Shown: positions 1 through 12,446, numbered from the stretch's first letter. The stretch: DNA of 64,000 nt from an uncultured Nitrososphaerales archaeon (GCA_963713605.1 CAVQMO010000001.1:352001-416000), one strand, 5' to 3'. The notes: generated from the letters alone by a model not told the origin. Numbers and translations are program-made.

Positions 1-357
1 TGGGAGGAAGTCAGAAATGAGTGGACAAACCAGGAATGGGGCTTTCAGGAGGTCAGCAACAGCGACTTTGTATTGCAAGGGCGTTGGCAATGCAGCCTGA
101 GGTGATGCTGATGGATGAGCCCACTTCAGCTCTGGATCCAATCGCTTCTTCCAAGATCGAAGATTTGGTACACAAGCTAAAGAAGGACCTAACTATCATT
201 ATAGTTACCCATAATATGCAACAGGGCAGCAAGGGTTGCTGATCGGGCGGCATTTATGTATCTCGGAGAGCTGATCGAATATGGATTTACCAAGCAAATA
301 TTTCAAAATCCTGAACAAGAACTTACTGAGAAATTTGTAAGTGGTAAATTTGGATAA
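1..357 (+). CDS. pstB: Phosphate ABC transporter ATP-binding subunit, 3' part (runs off window start; apparent frameshifts near 20 and 225)
   Basis: [16 protein letters not shown] signature, Walker [11 protein letters not shown] and VTHNMQQ. The shifted frame continues [20 protein letters not shown]...FVSGKFG* to 357. Confidence 0.95.
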
Positions 358-426
358 TGTCCTTCTGACATCAGGACACTCAACTACTTTATCTATATTT
401 AGTATTGCTGTACAGACCAAAGTAGA

Positions 427-1095
427 TTGACTCGATTGCTTGACTTAGGCATAGAGAGGACACGTGATATTATTAGTGAAATGTCCAAGATTTCGGAGAT
501 CTGCGTATCTACTGTATTGGAGTCCTACACGAAAGGCGACGTGAAAAAAAGGGAGATGTTTGAATGGGCAGAGAAGCTTCGCACGCTCCAGGAGGAGGTA
601 TCTGACTTGGCATTTGAGCTCATAGCCAGATACCAACCCGTGGCGACAGATTTAAGATATATTAGGTCATGCCTAGAGGTATCATACGTGCTCTCACGGT
701 TTGGAGGATATGGATATGAAATTGTAGAGGTTTTGGATATGATGGGTTCAATTTCAGAGTGCGATAAAAGAGTCGTCGCAGAGGCTGCAAAGGTAACTTC
801 CGAAATGATTTCTTTAGGTGTGAGTACATTGGATTTTAAGGACAAACAAGCTTCTGATAAGCTATATGATATGGATGAAACTGTTGATCTGATATATCGG
901 AAATACTTGCGAGAAGTTGTCACAGCCAAAAAAGAGTCACAAGATCTTTACGCTGATCCAAGATGCGTTATATCATCACTTCATGTTTTGAGATATCTTG
1001 AAAGAGTAGCCGACCATGCCTGTTATATTGCGGATTCAGTATCATACATAGTAACAGGAAAACCGAATCCCAGGCGGGTCCAAATGAATCCGTAA
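427..1095 (+). CDS. phoU: Phosphate signalling protein PhoU
   Basis: IARYQPVATDLR and RYLERVADHACYIA PhoU repeat motifs; lies directly after pstB. Confidence 0.93.
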   Translation: MTRLLDLGIERTRDIISEMSKISEICVSTVLESYTKGDVKKREMFEWAEKLRTLQEEVSDLAFELIARYQPVATDLRYIRSCLEVSYVLSRFGGYGYEIVEVLDMMGSISECDKRVVAEAAKVTSEMISLGVSTLDFKDKQASDKLYDMDETVDLIYRKYLREVVTAKKESQDLYADPRCVISSLHVLRYLERVADHACYIADSVSYIVTGKPNPRRVQMNP

Positions 1096-1237
1096 GCCTT
1101 ATGTGTTATAGTGTAAGTACGACATTTTAGTAGTACATTCTAATTTATTATTGGTATATTTAGTCTATATAGATAAGGAGTGTCTATACGATCAACTATC
1201 GTAACGTGTTTTATCTTCTTTCACTAACTGAAATTTA

Positions 1238-2324
1238 TTGAGTTCAATTCCTGAAAATAATGAAATACGCAAGATCCAGTTTACAGGTAGATCTACTTAC
1301 ATTCTTTCGCTGCCGAAGAGATGGATGAGTGAAATGCGTCTTAAGGCAGGTGATCCCGTGACCATAGTACGTGAAGCAAACAACTATCTTTCGATAATTC
1401 CTAGTGCAGTCAGAGGCTCTAGTACTATCGATGAGGCTAACTCGACTGTACTTAGCACTGAATCGTCTAATACCATCAAACGAAAAGTAGTGTCCATGTA
1501 CTTGGCAGGCTATAACATTATTAATCTAAAATCAAAGACGGGGAGAATATTACCTTCACAAAGAGATGCCGTCAGGGACGTAGTACGAAGAAATTTGGTA
1601 GGCACGGAAATAATCGCCGATGCATCAGAGATAATAACCATTCAAGTGCTCCTGAGCTTGCCTGAACTCTCAATAAATACTGCTGTGAGGCGTATGTTCT
1701 TAATTGCCGCAGCAATGCATAGGGATGCAATGCTTTCATTGGCAGAATTAAATCACGAATTGGCAGAAGCAGTTATAAACTCAGATGATGAGGTAGATAG
1801 ATTTAGTCTATATATTTTGCGGAATCTTGTAATCGCTACTCAAAATGAGAGGATTTTGCAAGAGATTGGGCTAAGAAAACCTTCTGATTGTTTGAGCTAC
1901 AGGGTCGCAGTAAAAAGCATTGAGCGAATTGCAGATCATGCTTCAGGGATCGCCGATAAATGCGTCGCGATAAAGGATAAAATTGACAGGGATACACTGG
2001 CAGCACATCGATAGTATGAGTAAGCGGTCTCTTGCGCTTATTACAGATTCAGTAGAGGCTTTTTTGCGTAGAGATTATTCCCTCGCGGATAGTATCGTCG
2101 ATAAGGCTAATGATATGCGGCTAATCGAGAATGAGGTACTTTCACATATTGACACTAGTGAATCATTTTCGTCGGGATCCAGGAGTCTCAACATCAAGCT
2201 AATATTGGAGGATATTCGAAGAACAGCTGAGCATGCAGGTGATATTGCTGAAGCGGCTATGAACCAGACCATTCGAGGTGTAATAGACTTAAACAAAAGT
2301 TCCAGGCTCGGCAACACTTCCTGA
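1238..2324 (+). CDS. Archaeal phosphate uptake regulator, AbrB-like N-terminus plus PhoU domains (frameshift near 2000)
   Basis: N-terminal RKIQFTGRSTYILSLPKRW (AbrB-like), then SIERIADHA and DIRRTAEHAGDIAE. ORFs 1238..2014 and 1983..2324 join into one protein. Confidence 0.9.
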
Positions 2325-2589
2325 ATAGTCTACAACAGCCATGACTTGAATCTCATTCGCTCAGTTTTGATCCAACCATTCTGACCTTTCAGACTTTTTC
2401 GTGGATCATCATCTTGGGCCTATTTTGTAGGCTATCAAGACTAATGCACCTACCGAGATGAAACATCTTTCACGAACCATCAAGAGGTAATAGAATGGTA
2501 CATACTGAAATGTTACTTGAAATCTATGAGGACAAGACGTTTGCAGTTGGATAACGTAAGCCCATACTTGGATGTCTAATTGAACCTAC

Positions 2590-3162
2590 TTACTCTTCTC
2601 CAACTACCATAGCAGCGGCATCTCGAAGTGACTTGATTCTCAATGGCCATTGGAAATCTTTGTTCCATGGCTGGTCAAATAGTAGCCCAACCTTTGGTGC
2701 AGTAATGTCAATGAGATTGGTAGGAGAGTCATCCAGTATGAAATCGAAAGGGTACTCTGATTTTGGCATGGAATCGTATACGAATATTAGGTCGTCTGAA
2801 AAAATATCGTGATGATCGAGCCATTTTGCTACATAAGATACGGTTGGTCTCTCTCTCCTGGTAAGTATTGAAATCCTAAAACCGCGCTTGTGTATGTTTT
2901 CTATAAAGCTATTTTGATTGGACTCGCAAGGCGGAATCTCTTCCCACCGATATTCCCATACATAATTAAATAATTTCGAAATCTCTTCAGGAGCAATCGG
3001 AAGAATTTTGGAAATATCCCACGCATAGATATCATTCTTGGTGATACTCGTATGGTGCCTTTCATTGTATTCCTTTACCCAAATAACCATCGTGTCTGCC
3101 AAGACCGAATCAAAATCTAGCGCAAAAGTCTTAGCAGGTCCCAATACGTTCAAAATGTTCAA
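2590..3162 (-). CDS. HAD-family 5'(3')-nucleotidase-like phosphatase (NT5C type)
   Basis: ALDFDSVLADT motif I, ILDDSP motif IV and LFDQPWN. Confidence 0.8.
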   Translation of the reverse strand: MNILNVLGPAKTFALDFDSVLADTMVIWVKEYNERHHTSITKNDIYAWDISKILPIAPEEISKLFNYVWEYRWEEIPPCESNQNSFIENIHKRGFRISILTRRERPTVSYVAKWLDHHDIFSDDLIFVYDSMPKSEYPFDFILDDSPTNLIDITAPKVGLLFDQPWNKDFQWPLRIKSLRDAAAMVVGEE

Positions 3163-3616
3163 AGGAAGTAAGAAAAGAGATTATAAAACTGTTAATATTT
3201 TTAGAGTCGCAGGATATCGGAAGATTGATAGTTTAGTTATTGACTCAAATCAGAAATCATAGTGATATGATTTCTATGATTAGGTAATATCCGTGACGAA
3301 TCAGTGGCAGGGCTATTTAGGATTATTTTTAAACAGGAGGCTTGTCATTAAACTAGGGCAACAAGTACTTTCAATAGGTTAAGTAAAGAATTGATGTTAC
3401 CATCAATGGTAATATGAGACAATTCATTATGTTGATATCATGTAGATCCTGTAAAGTTGTATTGATTCTTCCAAGAATTCCAAAAATAACAATTTGCATC
3501 CTAAATTTTGATTTTCGTGCGCCGTTAGTTATAGTTGACATTAATAGGCTAATAATAACTGATTAAGTTACCGTTTTCAAACGAATCTTTGATCTCACAG
3601 ATAAAAAATATAATAT

Positions 3617-4145
3617 ATGGTATGCCAACTAAATAGGTCAAAATTGGAACTTTATGTAATGCGCCATGGGGAGGCGATCAAGAATATTCGATCTGGTCCA
3701 TCTGCCTCTGATGCCAATCGACCTCTAACCATGTCGGGTAAAAAAGAAATAGAAGAGATTTCATATTTTCTGAAAAAGCTGAACATCAAATTTAGTCTGA
3801 TTATCTCTAGTCCGCTGAAAAGGGCACATCAGACAGCATTTATTGTGTCCAAGATTTTCAAGGTCGCCAACAATTTGGAAGATTGGGACGAACTTAAACC
3901 AGAGGCGGCTAAGCAGCTCTTCGTTGATAAACTTTCCAAACTAAAGGAAGATTCTACAATTCTCCTGGTGGGCCATGAACCTTTTCTTAGTTCGTTTATA
4001 TCCGAAATTGCATTTGGAAATCCAAGAGGAAATCTTGTGCTAAAGAAAGGAGGCTTCGCGAAGTCTTAGGGTTCAGTCGAATTTTCCCAAAATGACTGCC
4101 GAGTTACGCTGGCTATTGAGTCCCAGATTGATGCGAAGGTCGTAA
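3617..4145 (+). CDS. sixA: Phosphohistidine phosphatase SixA (frameshift near 4063)
   Basis: MRHGEA, SSPLKRAHQTA, LVGHEP and LKKGG motifs. The shifted frame ends ...ELRWLLSPRLMRRS*. Confidence 0.9.
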
Positions 4146-4214
4146 GCTCTTTTGAGCATTCTCTTGGAGATTTGGATAGTTGCAAGATCTACTCGGTCAC
4201 CTAGTCCATAGGAA

Positions 4215-5775
4215 ATGAAAGGCTCTCTGTTATTGATTTAGGGTACAATTCCATTAAATTAGTATCCTATAGCGTTAACTCTGATGGCACATTTGGGGCT
4301 TATGAAAGAAGAAGCATTAAGACAAAAATCGGTAAGGGACTAACTGAAAGCGGTTATCTTAGTGAGGCAGCCAAAAGAGATACGATTGAAAGTCTAAGGC
4401 TATTTAGAGATATATTAGTATCTGACGACGTAAAAAATATCCTGGCGGTGGCAACGAGTGCCGTGCGAGAGGCAAAGGATAGAGATAGGTTTATTTCTGA
4501 TATTTACGAAAAGACCGGATTCTCATTTAGGGTACTCTCACATGAAGAAGAATCGTATTATTCATGGTGTGGATCTCTCCATTCCATGTGTATTTCAGAC
4601 GCGCTTTTCTTCGATCTTGGCGGAGGGAGCTTGGAGTTAGTACACTCTGAGGATTTCAAGATTCGCAATCATCTCTCACTTCCATTAGGGGCCCTACGAA
4701 TGGCGAGAATGTTGAATCAGAAAAACGAAGACCTGGGAAAAAAGTACGTCCGAAAACGTCTCATGAAGCTCGAACAGCGCATTCTAAAATCACTCCCAGA
4801 TAGGAAACAGTTCGCTTTTAGTCCTGATGTTACCCTTGTAGGAGTAGGGGGGACACTCCGAACAGTAGCACAATACGACCAAGATCTAACCAACTATCCT
4901 TTGGATAAAATCAATAATTATAAGATAAAATTTGAACATATGGAAGAAATAACTGAAAAACTATCAGATATGTCGATAGCTGAAATCACCGAAATTGTAT
5001 CAGTAGGAAGTAGCAGAGCTGATACAATTGTCCCTGGGATGTTACGTCATATCCTCGCTTATGAGAAAACTTGGGTATGATTCTGTCGTAGTAAGTACTG
5101 AAGGATTAAGAGAAGGTCTAGTACTCTCTTTCGTTAACGATCCTAGGTATCTATCTTCAGACAACACTCAGCCAACTCTACGTTCGCAAGTCGAGCACAT
5201 TGTCAAGTCGGGTTGCAGGCCCATGTCCCCACCAAGTCGTTACCACGACTTTCTGGAGACGTTATTATCTGCTGGATTATTAAAGGAGCGAGAACTTCAA
5301 ATCTTGATTGAAGCTCTTCAACGGATCCGTCAATTCCATAGCATCGTCAATACAAACACTTTGTTCTATGCCTTGATAGATGATGAATACAAGAATCTAA
5401 GCCACGGTGAGCTGCTAGTTCTATGCCTTTCCATAATATACTCAAAGAAGCAAAAGGCTTCTAATCGCTTATTTGCTAAGTATAAGTCGATTCTTCACAC
5501 ACCGCAAAACAGAAGATCGATCGAAAAGATATCTTCTTGTCTCAACTTTATTGCTGCCAATTGAAAAAAGTCATGCAACTATACGTCGTGTAGTGTACGA
5601 CGGAAACATCTTCCAAATCGATCTCAGATGTAATGATTTGTCCAAATTTCCAAGATACTTGTTTGAAGAAGCAAAAAAATCCTTAATCTTGTCGCTGGGC
5701 ATCCCAGTGGATTACAATTTACAATTAGAATCGAATGACATCAAGATGAAGGTTGAGGACAAGAGCATTTTTTGA
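4215..5775 (+). CDS. ppx: Ppx/GppA-family exopolyphosphatase (frameshifts near 4220, 5035 and 5530-5560)
   Basis: VIDLGYNSIKL (read from 4223), ATSAVREA, FDLGGGSLE, VGVGGTLR and GLREG motifs. Confidence 0.9.
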
Positions 5776-6622
5776 AAGTAGGAAAATGACCCAAGCAGAA
5801 ATGCCTCTTTTCGGATGTCACCGCTCTATGATTTGAACCTAGAGTCAGACATCAATGAGTCAAGCTAGTCGGGATGGGTTATGTACTCCATTAGCATTAC
5901 TTCGGGTATCTTGCACTATTCAATATTTTTCAAGTCAATTATACTAGTCATACACACCATTAGGTCAATATGTAACTGGGGAATATATTGATTATATGGA
6001 TTATTATTTCCTATATAATATACCATAGAATTCATACATAATCCGTATATGCCAGCCAGCTATAATTCTAGAAAAGTGTAAGAATTCAAATGCGAACGAA
6101 AGGGACATCAAATGAACACATCGATGAGGCACTAGTAGTGAGACTTCGAAATCGAACAAACAATAACTTGTTTATCAGACTCTATGAGCAAAAAAGTATT
6201 CATAATTATGATCAGAGTGGAGCATAGGTTTTCTCAATCTAATCATACTTATTTACCAATTGTTCATTATTTTACAATATGGTGTCATGAGGCTTCAAAT
6301 TGTGTATCAGAATCATGACTTGTCAAAAATGCTCTTATTGTAATTCGTTCCAGGATGATTGCATCTCATCCTTAGAAAACGATTGGAGCTCAGTTTCGCT
6401 TTTTCAAACTGGGTTTTTGGCTTGATACCATTCTTAAGATAAGGAATTAAGGCATTTATTTCCTACAAGAAAACCAACATGTTAGTCACAATTTTCTTTA
6501 ACAGCAAAATACCGTACCTATAGCTCTTAAATAAGCATAGGAGAGAACGAGAACGTATGAGACGCACACTCTTTTGAGAAGGGAACTAACCAATGTTCTT
6601 CGCGATTCATCCATTTTTCATA

Positions 6623-6844
6623 TTACTCTGTTCGAATCCTATTCTTGTAGTTCTTTCGAACCTCCAAGGAGATCGTCATTAAACCAATGCCAAATGGTAT
6701 TGCCACAATTCCAAGAAGCATAGACAAAGAAGTGTAAGGTTCGTCTCCAAAGCTCCATTTCATAAATGTGACTGAACCCACTAGAAGTAACATTAGAGGT
6801 ACATTCATGCCCACTGCCATGGCCGCTATGAGTAACGGATGCAA
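6623..6844 (-). CDS. Small two-TM membrane protein
   Basis: Two hydrophobic stretches and a basic C-terminal tail. Confidence 0.5.
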   Translation of the reverse strand: MHPLLIAAMAVGMNVPLMLLLVGSVTFMKWSFGDEPYTSLSMLLGIVAIPFGIGLMTISLEVRKNYKNRIRTE

Positions 6845-7031
6845 TTTAGCAAAATGTATTGGCCGTTAGTATTTATAAATATTAGAGAGTAGAATGAACA
6901 CCAACAATGGAATAGAATGAATACCGATGATACATTTGAGACATGAGAGATGATCCAATCTTGTTTTTAAACGCGTTATATCAAGCCGAACCTTTTTGCC
7001 TCCATGAGTATTTTTAACGTGAAGGAGCTGA

Positions 7032-7343
7032 TTATCGGACCCAGGGCCAGACTTCAATTCCTCTCACCATACATTGCTTTCTGATTATTACCCGTGCTCG
7101 TTCAGCCGCTTCCTGTTCGCCGATCTTTTTACCCAAATATTGCAAGATGATCTCTTCATAGAGTTTTTTGGCTCGCTCTTCGGTAAATTCTTTATAATTT
7201 GAAAATTTAAATCTTGATGATCGACGTCGTTCTTTTCTTGTTTGCTCAGAAATGTCATGATGTCCTTTCAAATCTGCATACTCTCTCTTGCATTCTGCAC
7301 AGTTGTCGTCAAAGAAATCTGAATGAACTGTGCATTTTGACAT
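7032..7343 (-). CDS. Hypothetical protein with N-terminal CxxH/CxxC metal-binding motif
   Basis: Begins MSKCTVHSDFFDDNCAEC; ATG at 7343 with an AT-rich box upstream. Confidence 0.65.
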   Translation of the reverse strand: MSKCTVHSDFFDDNCAECKREYADLKGHHDISEQTRKERRRSSRFKFSNYKEFTEERAKKLYEEIILQYLGKKIGEQEAAERARVIIRKQCMVRGIEVWPWVR

Positions 7344-7696
7344 TACCTTGAAATCTCTTCCGTAGTATATTAAGAGCATCAATTCCAATCTATTCGAATC
7401 AATGGATATAAGAGATCATCTCCATAAATCCAATACTGACGCGCAAAAGGAAAGCTATAAGATTTGTGGGCTCGTGAATATGCTGGACTGCAGCTTTAAT
7501 TTAGATCAATGCTACGCCGATTGCAGCTTTATTATTCCCAATTTTCTTTTGACATGGAGCTGACTGCTGAGTCTAAGAAAAATTCTTTACATTCAAATTA
7601 ACACGTCGGGTTTCTCACATTATTGATGATTATTTGGCCCAATAACACCTCCCTAGTGTGAAATTAAATAGGGCATCTAAATTATTCCCCTCTATC

Positions 7697-8524
7697 ATGA
7701 TAGATGCAATCCAGGCACTGATCCTAGGTATTGTTCAAGGACTGACAGAATGGCTCCCCATTTCCAGCTCTGGGCATTTGGCCTTAATCCAACTTGCCAT
7801 GAATCTTCAAGTTCCAATTTTTTTTGATATCATTTTGCATCTGGGTACGCTTGCAGCGGTTATTGGGATCTATCGACGAGAACTATTATCGATTCTAAAG
7901 TCGGTGAAATCGATTCGCCAAAAAAAAGGCTATAATGCAGAAGTAGAGCTCAAGAGCATCAAGTGGGGTAGAAGGTATCTATTACTTATTATTCTGGGAA
8001 TGATTCCTACGGCTTTGATGGGAGTAGGGTTCAGATCAGTCTTCGAGGAATCCTTCTACAGTATGTGGTCAATAGGATTGGGCTTCATAGTAAGCGGAGC
8101 CATGATATTTGTCACAAAGTTTGTCGACAAGGGTACAAATTCAATAGGAAAAGTCGATGCCGTCCTAATTGGTATTGGACAAGGACTTTCCATTTTCTCA
8201 AGCATTTCAAGAAGTGGAACAACTATTTCAATTGGGATGTTCAGGCACATTGAAAGATCAGAACTAATCACTTATTCATTCTTACTTTCAATTCCAGCTA
8301 TTTTAGGTGCAGGGTTGTATGACCTAGTTTTCGCAGATAACATTTCTCACGTTGAAATTTATCAAATTCCCTTACAATCTTATATAATCGGGACACTCTC
8401 AGCTGCTTCGGTAGGATACGTTTCAATAAAATTTCTAATTAACGTCATCAACAAAGGAGAATTCTACCTATTCTCGTTTTATTGCTTTTTAATAGGATCG
8501 CTAATACTAGTCAGCCTTATCTAA
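7697..8524 (+). CDS. uppP: Undecaprenyl-diphosphate phosphatase (BacA/UppP family)
   Basis: GIVQGLTEWLPISSSGH, ISRSGTT and YSFLLSIP motifs; multiple TM segments. Confidence 0.93.
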   Translation: MIDAIQALILGIVQGLTEWLPISSSGHLALIQLAMNLQVPIFFDIILHLGTLAAVIGIYRRELLSILKSVKSIRQKKGYNAEVELKSIKWGRRYLLLIILGMIPTALMGVGFRSVFEESFYSMWSIGLGFIVSGAMIFVTKFVDKGTNSIGKVDAVLIGIGQGLSIFSSISRSGTTISIGMFRHIERSELITYSFLLSIPAILGAGLYDLVFADNISHVEIYQIPLQSYIIGTLSAASVGYVSIKFLINVINKGEFYLFSFYCFLIGSLILVSLI

Positions 8525-8696
8525 CTAATAAGGTAAAAAAATATGACTACACTTCCTGAAACTAGAATATAGGATAGTGCTCACAAAATTTACACTGAAA
8601 GTTTATCTAACTAAACATTACATTCAATGTTACGACTAAATTTTATTCATATTTGTGACATATAGTTTTTAAGATGCTGCAAAAGTAAGAAACATA

Positions 8697-8902
8697 TTGA
8701 TTGACTTTTCCAAACTGAAGTACAGGGTAAACTATAACCAGTCTGTGTATAATTTCAGGACAAGAAGATATGAAAGTAAGGATGCTACCTACAATAGCTA
8801 CGAGCAGGCCAGAGCGAACCAATGGAAGTGCGAAAAATGTTCAGAGTTGTTTGGAACCTTGAAAGAACTAAAGCTCCATAAAATAGACTCCATTCCTACT
8901 AA
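8697..8902 (+). CDS. Small C2H2 zinc-finger protein (probable 1-nt deletion near 8890)
   Basis: CEKCSELFGTLKELKLHKIDS. Restoring one base gives ...DSHSY*, which completes the C2H2 motif. Confidence 0.7.
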
Positions 8903-9364
8903 AACAGATGAATGGGTTCTCTTCTAGAGAACTTAAAATCGTATTACTGATTTAAGGATACCGAATGAAAGTCTTGCAAGATAGGCTAAAGGAATCTTCT
9001 GATTATTCTGGTTCATTTCCCATAGTTAAATGCAAGAGGATTTGACAGTTAATTGGAATATAATAATATGAGGCCACTATCTATAACTGAGTTAGTGTTT
9101 GAAATTTGGTTAGCTACGTAGATATTGTTATTGGAAGGGTTATAAAGTAATTGTTCCGGGAACTGCCAACTGTTATATTCTTTGTTAATTAATTAATTGT
9201 GAGATTATAGTGGTACTGGTACTACTCTACCTTATAATACAATCAAACATCATTCTTACGACTTGGGATAATCGTCAATGATTTCCAATGTGCAACTCAC
9301 TATTGGTCTCTTTTTTTGAAAATAGCCCAAGGATCCGCAACCGAAACTGTTGATGCTATATGGG

Positions 9365-10159
9365 TCAGAACTTGCTGCCAATCCAACATATTTTTAAAGG
9401 CCTTGCCTTATGAGCATTTCTTTTGATTGTTTGCTCAATCCTGGCTAGTTTCTTATTTGAAATTTTATTACCCTGAGGCTCATCTGCGTCCCTTGGCTCT
9501 GTGGACTCCAGATTCTTAAGAACTTCATCAATTTCGTCGTAATTAACTCCAAGCTCTTCTTCAGCGGTTTGGTCTTTCCATAATCGAGGGCTGCTCTTCT
9601 TTTGTCGGATTGATAGTGGAAGTTCTAAATATTCGGCAAGCTCCATGACCTGGGTTTTGTAGAGGTCCCCTAGTGGAAACAAATCCGCCGCTCCGTCTCC
9701 AAACTTTGTGTAATACCCAAGCGATAACTCACTCTTATCTGATGTTCCTAAGACTAGTCCATTATAGATGAATGAATAATAGTACAGGATACACATTCTT
9801 ATTCTGGCACTTAAATTCCCCTCTGCGTATGAGTTCCTGGGAAGATCGGCGAGGAACTCTGACTTGATACTATTTATGTTCATAGTTTTATATTCTATTC
9901 GTAGACTCCTCGCAAGTTCAATTGCGTCATCTACATCCAAGTTTGGAGTTATAGGAAAATCCGGGAGTATTATTGAAAGCACACTTTTATTCGATAACGC
10001 TCTTACAGCCAAACAAACAGTAACCGACGAGTCAAGTCCTCCGCTCAGGCCAACAACTACTTTTTCACGTTTGGTCTCTTGTAGTTCATGTTTGAGGAAT
10101 TTTTCTATTAAGTCACATATAGCCTCGTAACTTACTGTCACACCTGGTAAAAGCGTCAA
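9365..10159 (-). CDS. nadE: NH3-dependent NAD+ synthetase
   Basis: GLSGGLDSS, GNLSARIRM, GYYTKFGDG and GDLYKTQV motifs. Confidence 0.97.
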   Translation of the reverse strand: MTLLPGVTVSYEAICDLIEKFLKHELQETKREKVVVGLSGGLDSSVTVCLAVRALSNKSVLSIILPDFPITPNLDVDDAIELARSLRIEYKTMNINSIKSEFLADLPRNSYAEGNLSARIRMCILYYYSFIYNGLVLGTSDKSELSLGYYTKFGDGAADLFPLGDLYKTQVMELAEYLELPLSIRQKKSSPRLWKDQTAEEELGVNYDEIDEVLKNLESTEPRDADEPQGNKISNKKLARIEQTIKRNAHKARPLKICWIGSKF

Positions 10160-10391
10160 TTACAATATTTTTGTTACCATTAGATGTTTAATTCTATGAG
10201 AAATTTGTACTTATTTGCCCAATATATTCGTAAGAAAACATCCAATAAACGGAGGGGAATGGCCCCCTATTCGATCGAGTAGATACTCAATTGGTCAAAT
10301 TGAATCACACGTCGTACAACAACCACGAAATCTGGAGGGACAGTAATGCTAATATTCTGTTTTCTGCTTCCAACTGTCTGCTTAGAAGTTC

Positions 10392-11382
10392 ATGTCAAGT
10401 AAGCATCAGGTTATATCAAATTTAATGTGGGTAGAGAAATACCGTCCATCTACACTTGAAGAGATAGCAAATCAAAGTGATATTATCAGAGGACTCCAAA
10501 ATCTTATTAAGAAACCTAATGAAATACCCCATTTCATATTTGCAGGCCCAGCCGGAGTTGGCAAGACTACGGCAGCCTTGTGCATTGCCAAAGAATTATT
10601 GGGAGAAAATTGGAAAAGGGATACGCTTGAGTTGAATGCCTCAGACGAACGAGGTATTAAGATGGTCCGTGAACGTGTTAAGGAATTCGCGGCTGTAATG
10701 AAGTTCTCATCTGCTACAGAAAGTAATGATAAGCCCTATCGCATCATAATTCTTGATGAAGCCGACGAGATGACCTCTGAAGCTCAGACTGCATTGAGGA
10801 GAATTATCGAAGATAGTTCAAGGACGACTCGTTTTATCATCATATGCAACTATCTTTCCCAACTGATCGAACCTATACAAAGTCGATGTGTAATATTTCG
10901 CTTCACCAGATTACCTAAGAAGGAAGTGGAGGCCCATTTATCAGAAATCTGTAGACAAGAAGGAATAGAATTTGACGATAGAGCCCTCTCTAAAATCTAC
11001 GATTCTACTTCAGGAGACCTTCGCCATTCTATCAACATTCTGCAGTCTGCAGCGACTAATGACAATATAACCACTGAAAAGGTGGAATTGTCTATCGGGT
11101 TATCTGGTAGGGCAAAAGCAGGCGAAGTCATTAAACTTGCCCTTGCGGGTAAGTTTAATGAAGCCAGAGTAATGCTATTGGAATTGACCCAGGTGTTTGG
11201 TATGTCAGAAAAAGACTTCTTAAAATACGCGGCCCAAGAAGCTTTCTCAATGAAATTAAGTGATCCTGGAAAATTTGCTGAGCTTATGGCCGAGTACCGA
11301 CTACCGACTTAGCATTGGGGCACACGCCGATATCCAGCTTACGGCGTTTCTTGCCCAGATTAGTATGCTCGGCAAGAAATAG
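10392..11382 (+). CDS. rfcS: Replication factor C small subunit (frameshift near 11297)
   Basis: WVEKYRP, GPAGVGKTT, LELNASDERG, DEAD and IQSRC motifs. The shifted frame ends DYRLSIGAHADIQLTAFLAQ...*. Confidence 0.96.
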
Positions 11383-11593
11383 ATTTGTAAGTGTTTCATG
11401 GCCCTCAAGTTTCTATCTGGAAATCAGAGTTTTATTATGCTAAACAAATCAGGTCAAATTCACGTAAGGGATTCCAGACCATATTGTCTGAAATATCTGA
11501 GAGCCTATCACAATGCATTGAAAAAATATACGCATGGAATTAGAGTAGGATAACCTATATACATAATCGAGAGCATCGAGTGAGTGACTTACG

Positions 11594-11908
11594 TTGTCTG
11601 GTTCTACAGTATCATACAGAGACAGGATTTATATCGTTGAAGATATTATTATGAAACTGGCAGAATATGGTGAATTAAACCAAACAGCATTGATAAGTTT
11701 CTGTGGTCTAAACCTTAAGAAACATAAAGTGATTCTCGATGAAATGGAATCAAACAATCTGATTACAAGAAGGGAAAGATTGATTGGTAAGAAATCAGTT
11801 AGCGTTTACATGACCACTTCTGAAGGTCTAAGCTTTTTTAATACTATACTTGCCCCTTATGAAAAGATGTTTCCGCGAAGAAGAAATCAAGGCGAGTCAG
11901 ACTCCTGA
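11594..11908 (+). CDS. Winged-helix transcriptional regulator
   Basis: YRDRIYIVEDII...NQTALISFCGLN...YMTTSEG, an archaeal wHTH pattern. Confidence 0.8.
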   Translation: MSGSTVSYRDRIYIVEDIIMKLAEYGELNQTALISFCGLNLKKHKVILDEMESNNLITRRERLIGKKSVSVYMTTSEGLSFFNTILAPYEKMFPRRRNQGESDS

Positions 11909-12017
11909 TTCAAAGTAGGCAAGAGTGGAGTGTGTGCACCTGAGGGCTGAATTTCTAAAAAAGTGCTAATACAAAATTAATACGAGTTATATATACCTGC
12001 AATTGTTGAATTACAAT

Positions 12018-12446
12018 TTATTCCAACCCAAACTGGGATGAAATCCTTCTATTAATTTCCCTTTTCTCATTTAGGTAGGCATTGTATCGACTATTCCATG
12101 AACCGATCTTTTTGTACTGCTTTATTCCTGCATAGAGCCAGATACATGAAATTGTAATCACAGACCCCAATAACACGACTAATACAGTGCCAAATTCATT
12201 TTCTATTTCTAGAATAGCAAAGAAAGATGGATGTCTTAACAAGAAGATCGAGAGACCGATAGCAATGGGGGCTAAGATTAAAGCGGAGATAGAAACACCT
12301 AAAAGTGTTTTTCTAATACTGAGGATTTGTTGAATGAATATATCCATTAATGTCAACACATTATCTCTTGCACTTATGGTCAAATCATCATCCTTGTTAT
12401 TGGCTATATTTTCGTCATCTCGGTGATTCGCCGCTCCGTTGTCCAT
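12018..12446 (-). CDS. Two-TM membrane protein
   Basis: Intact 142-aa ORF with two TM helices. Confidence 0.75.
   Translation of the reverse strand: MDNGAANHRDDENIANNKDDDLTISARDNVLTLMDIFIQQILSIRKTLLGVSISALILAPIAIGLSIFLLRHPSFFAILEIENEFGTVLVVLLGSVITISCIWLYAGIKQYKKIGSWNSRYNAYLNEKREINRRISSQFGLE

Noticed and set aside
6389..6418. Hairpin plus T5 resembling an intrinsic terminator
   Set aside because: No + strand gene ends nearby (ppx stops about 600 bp earlier), and the 8-bp stem could arise by chance.
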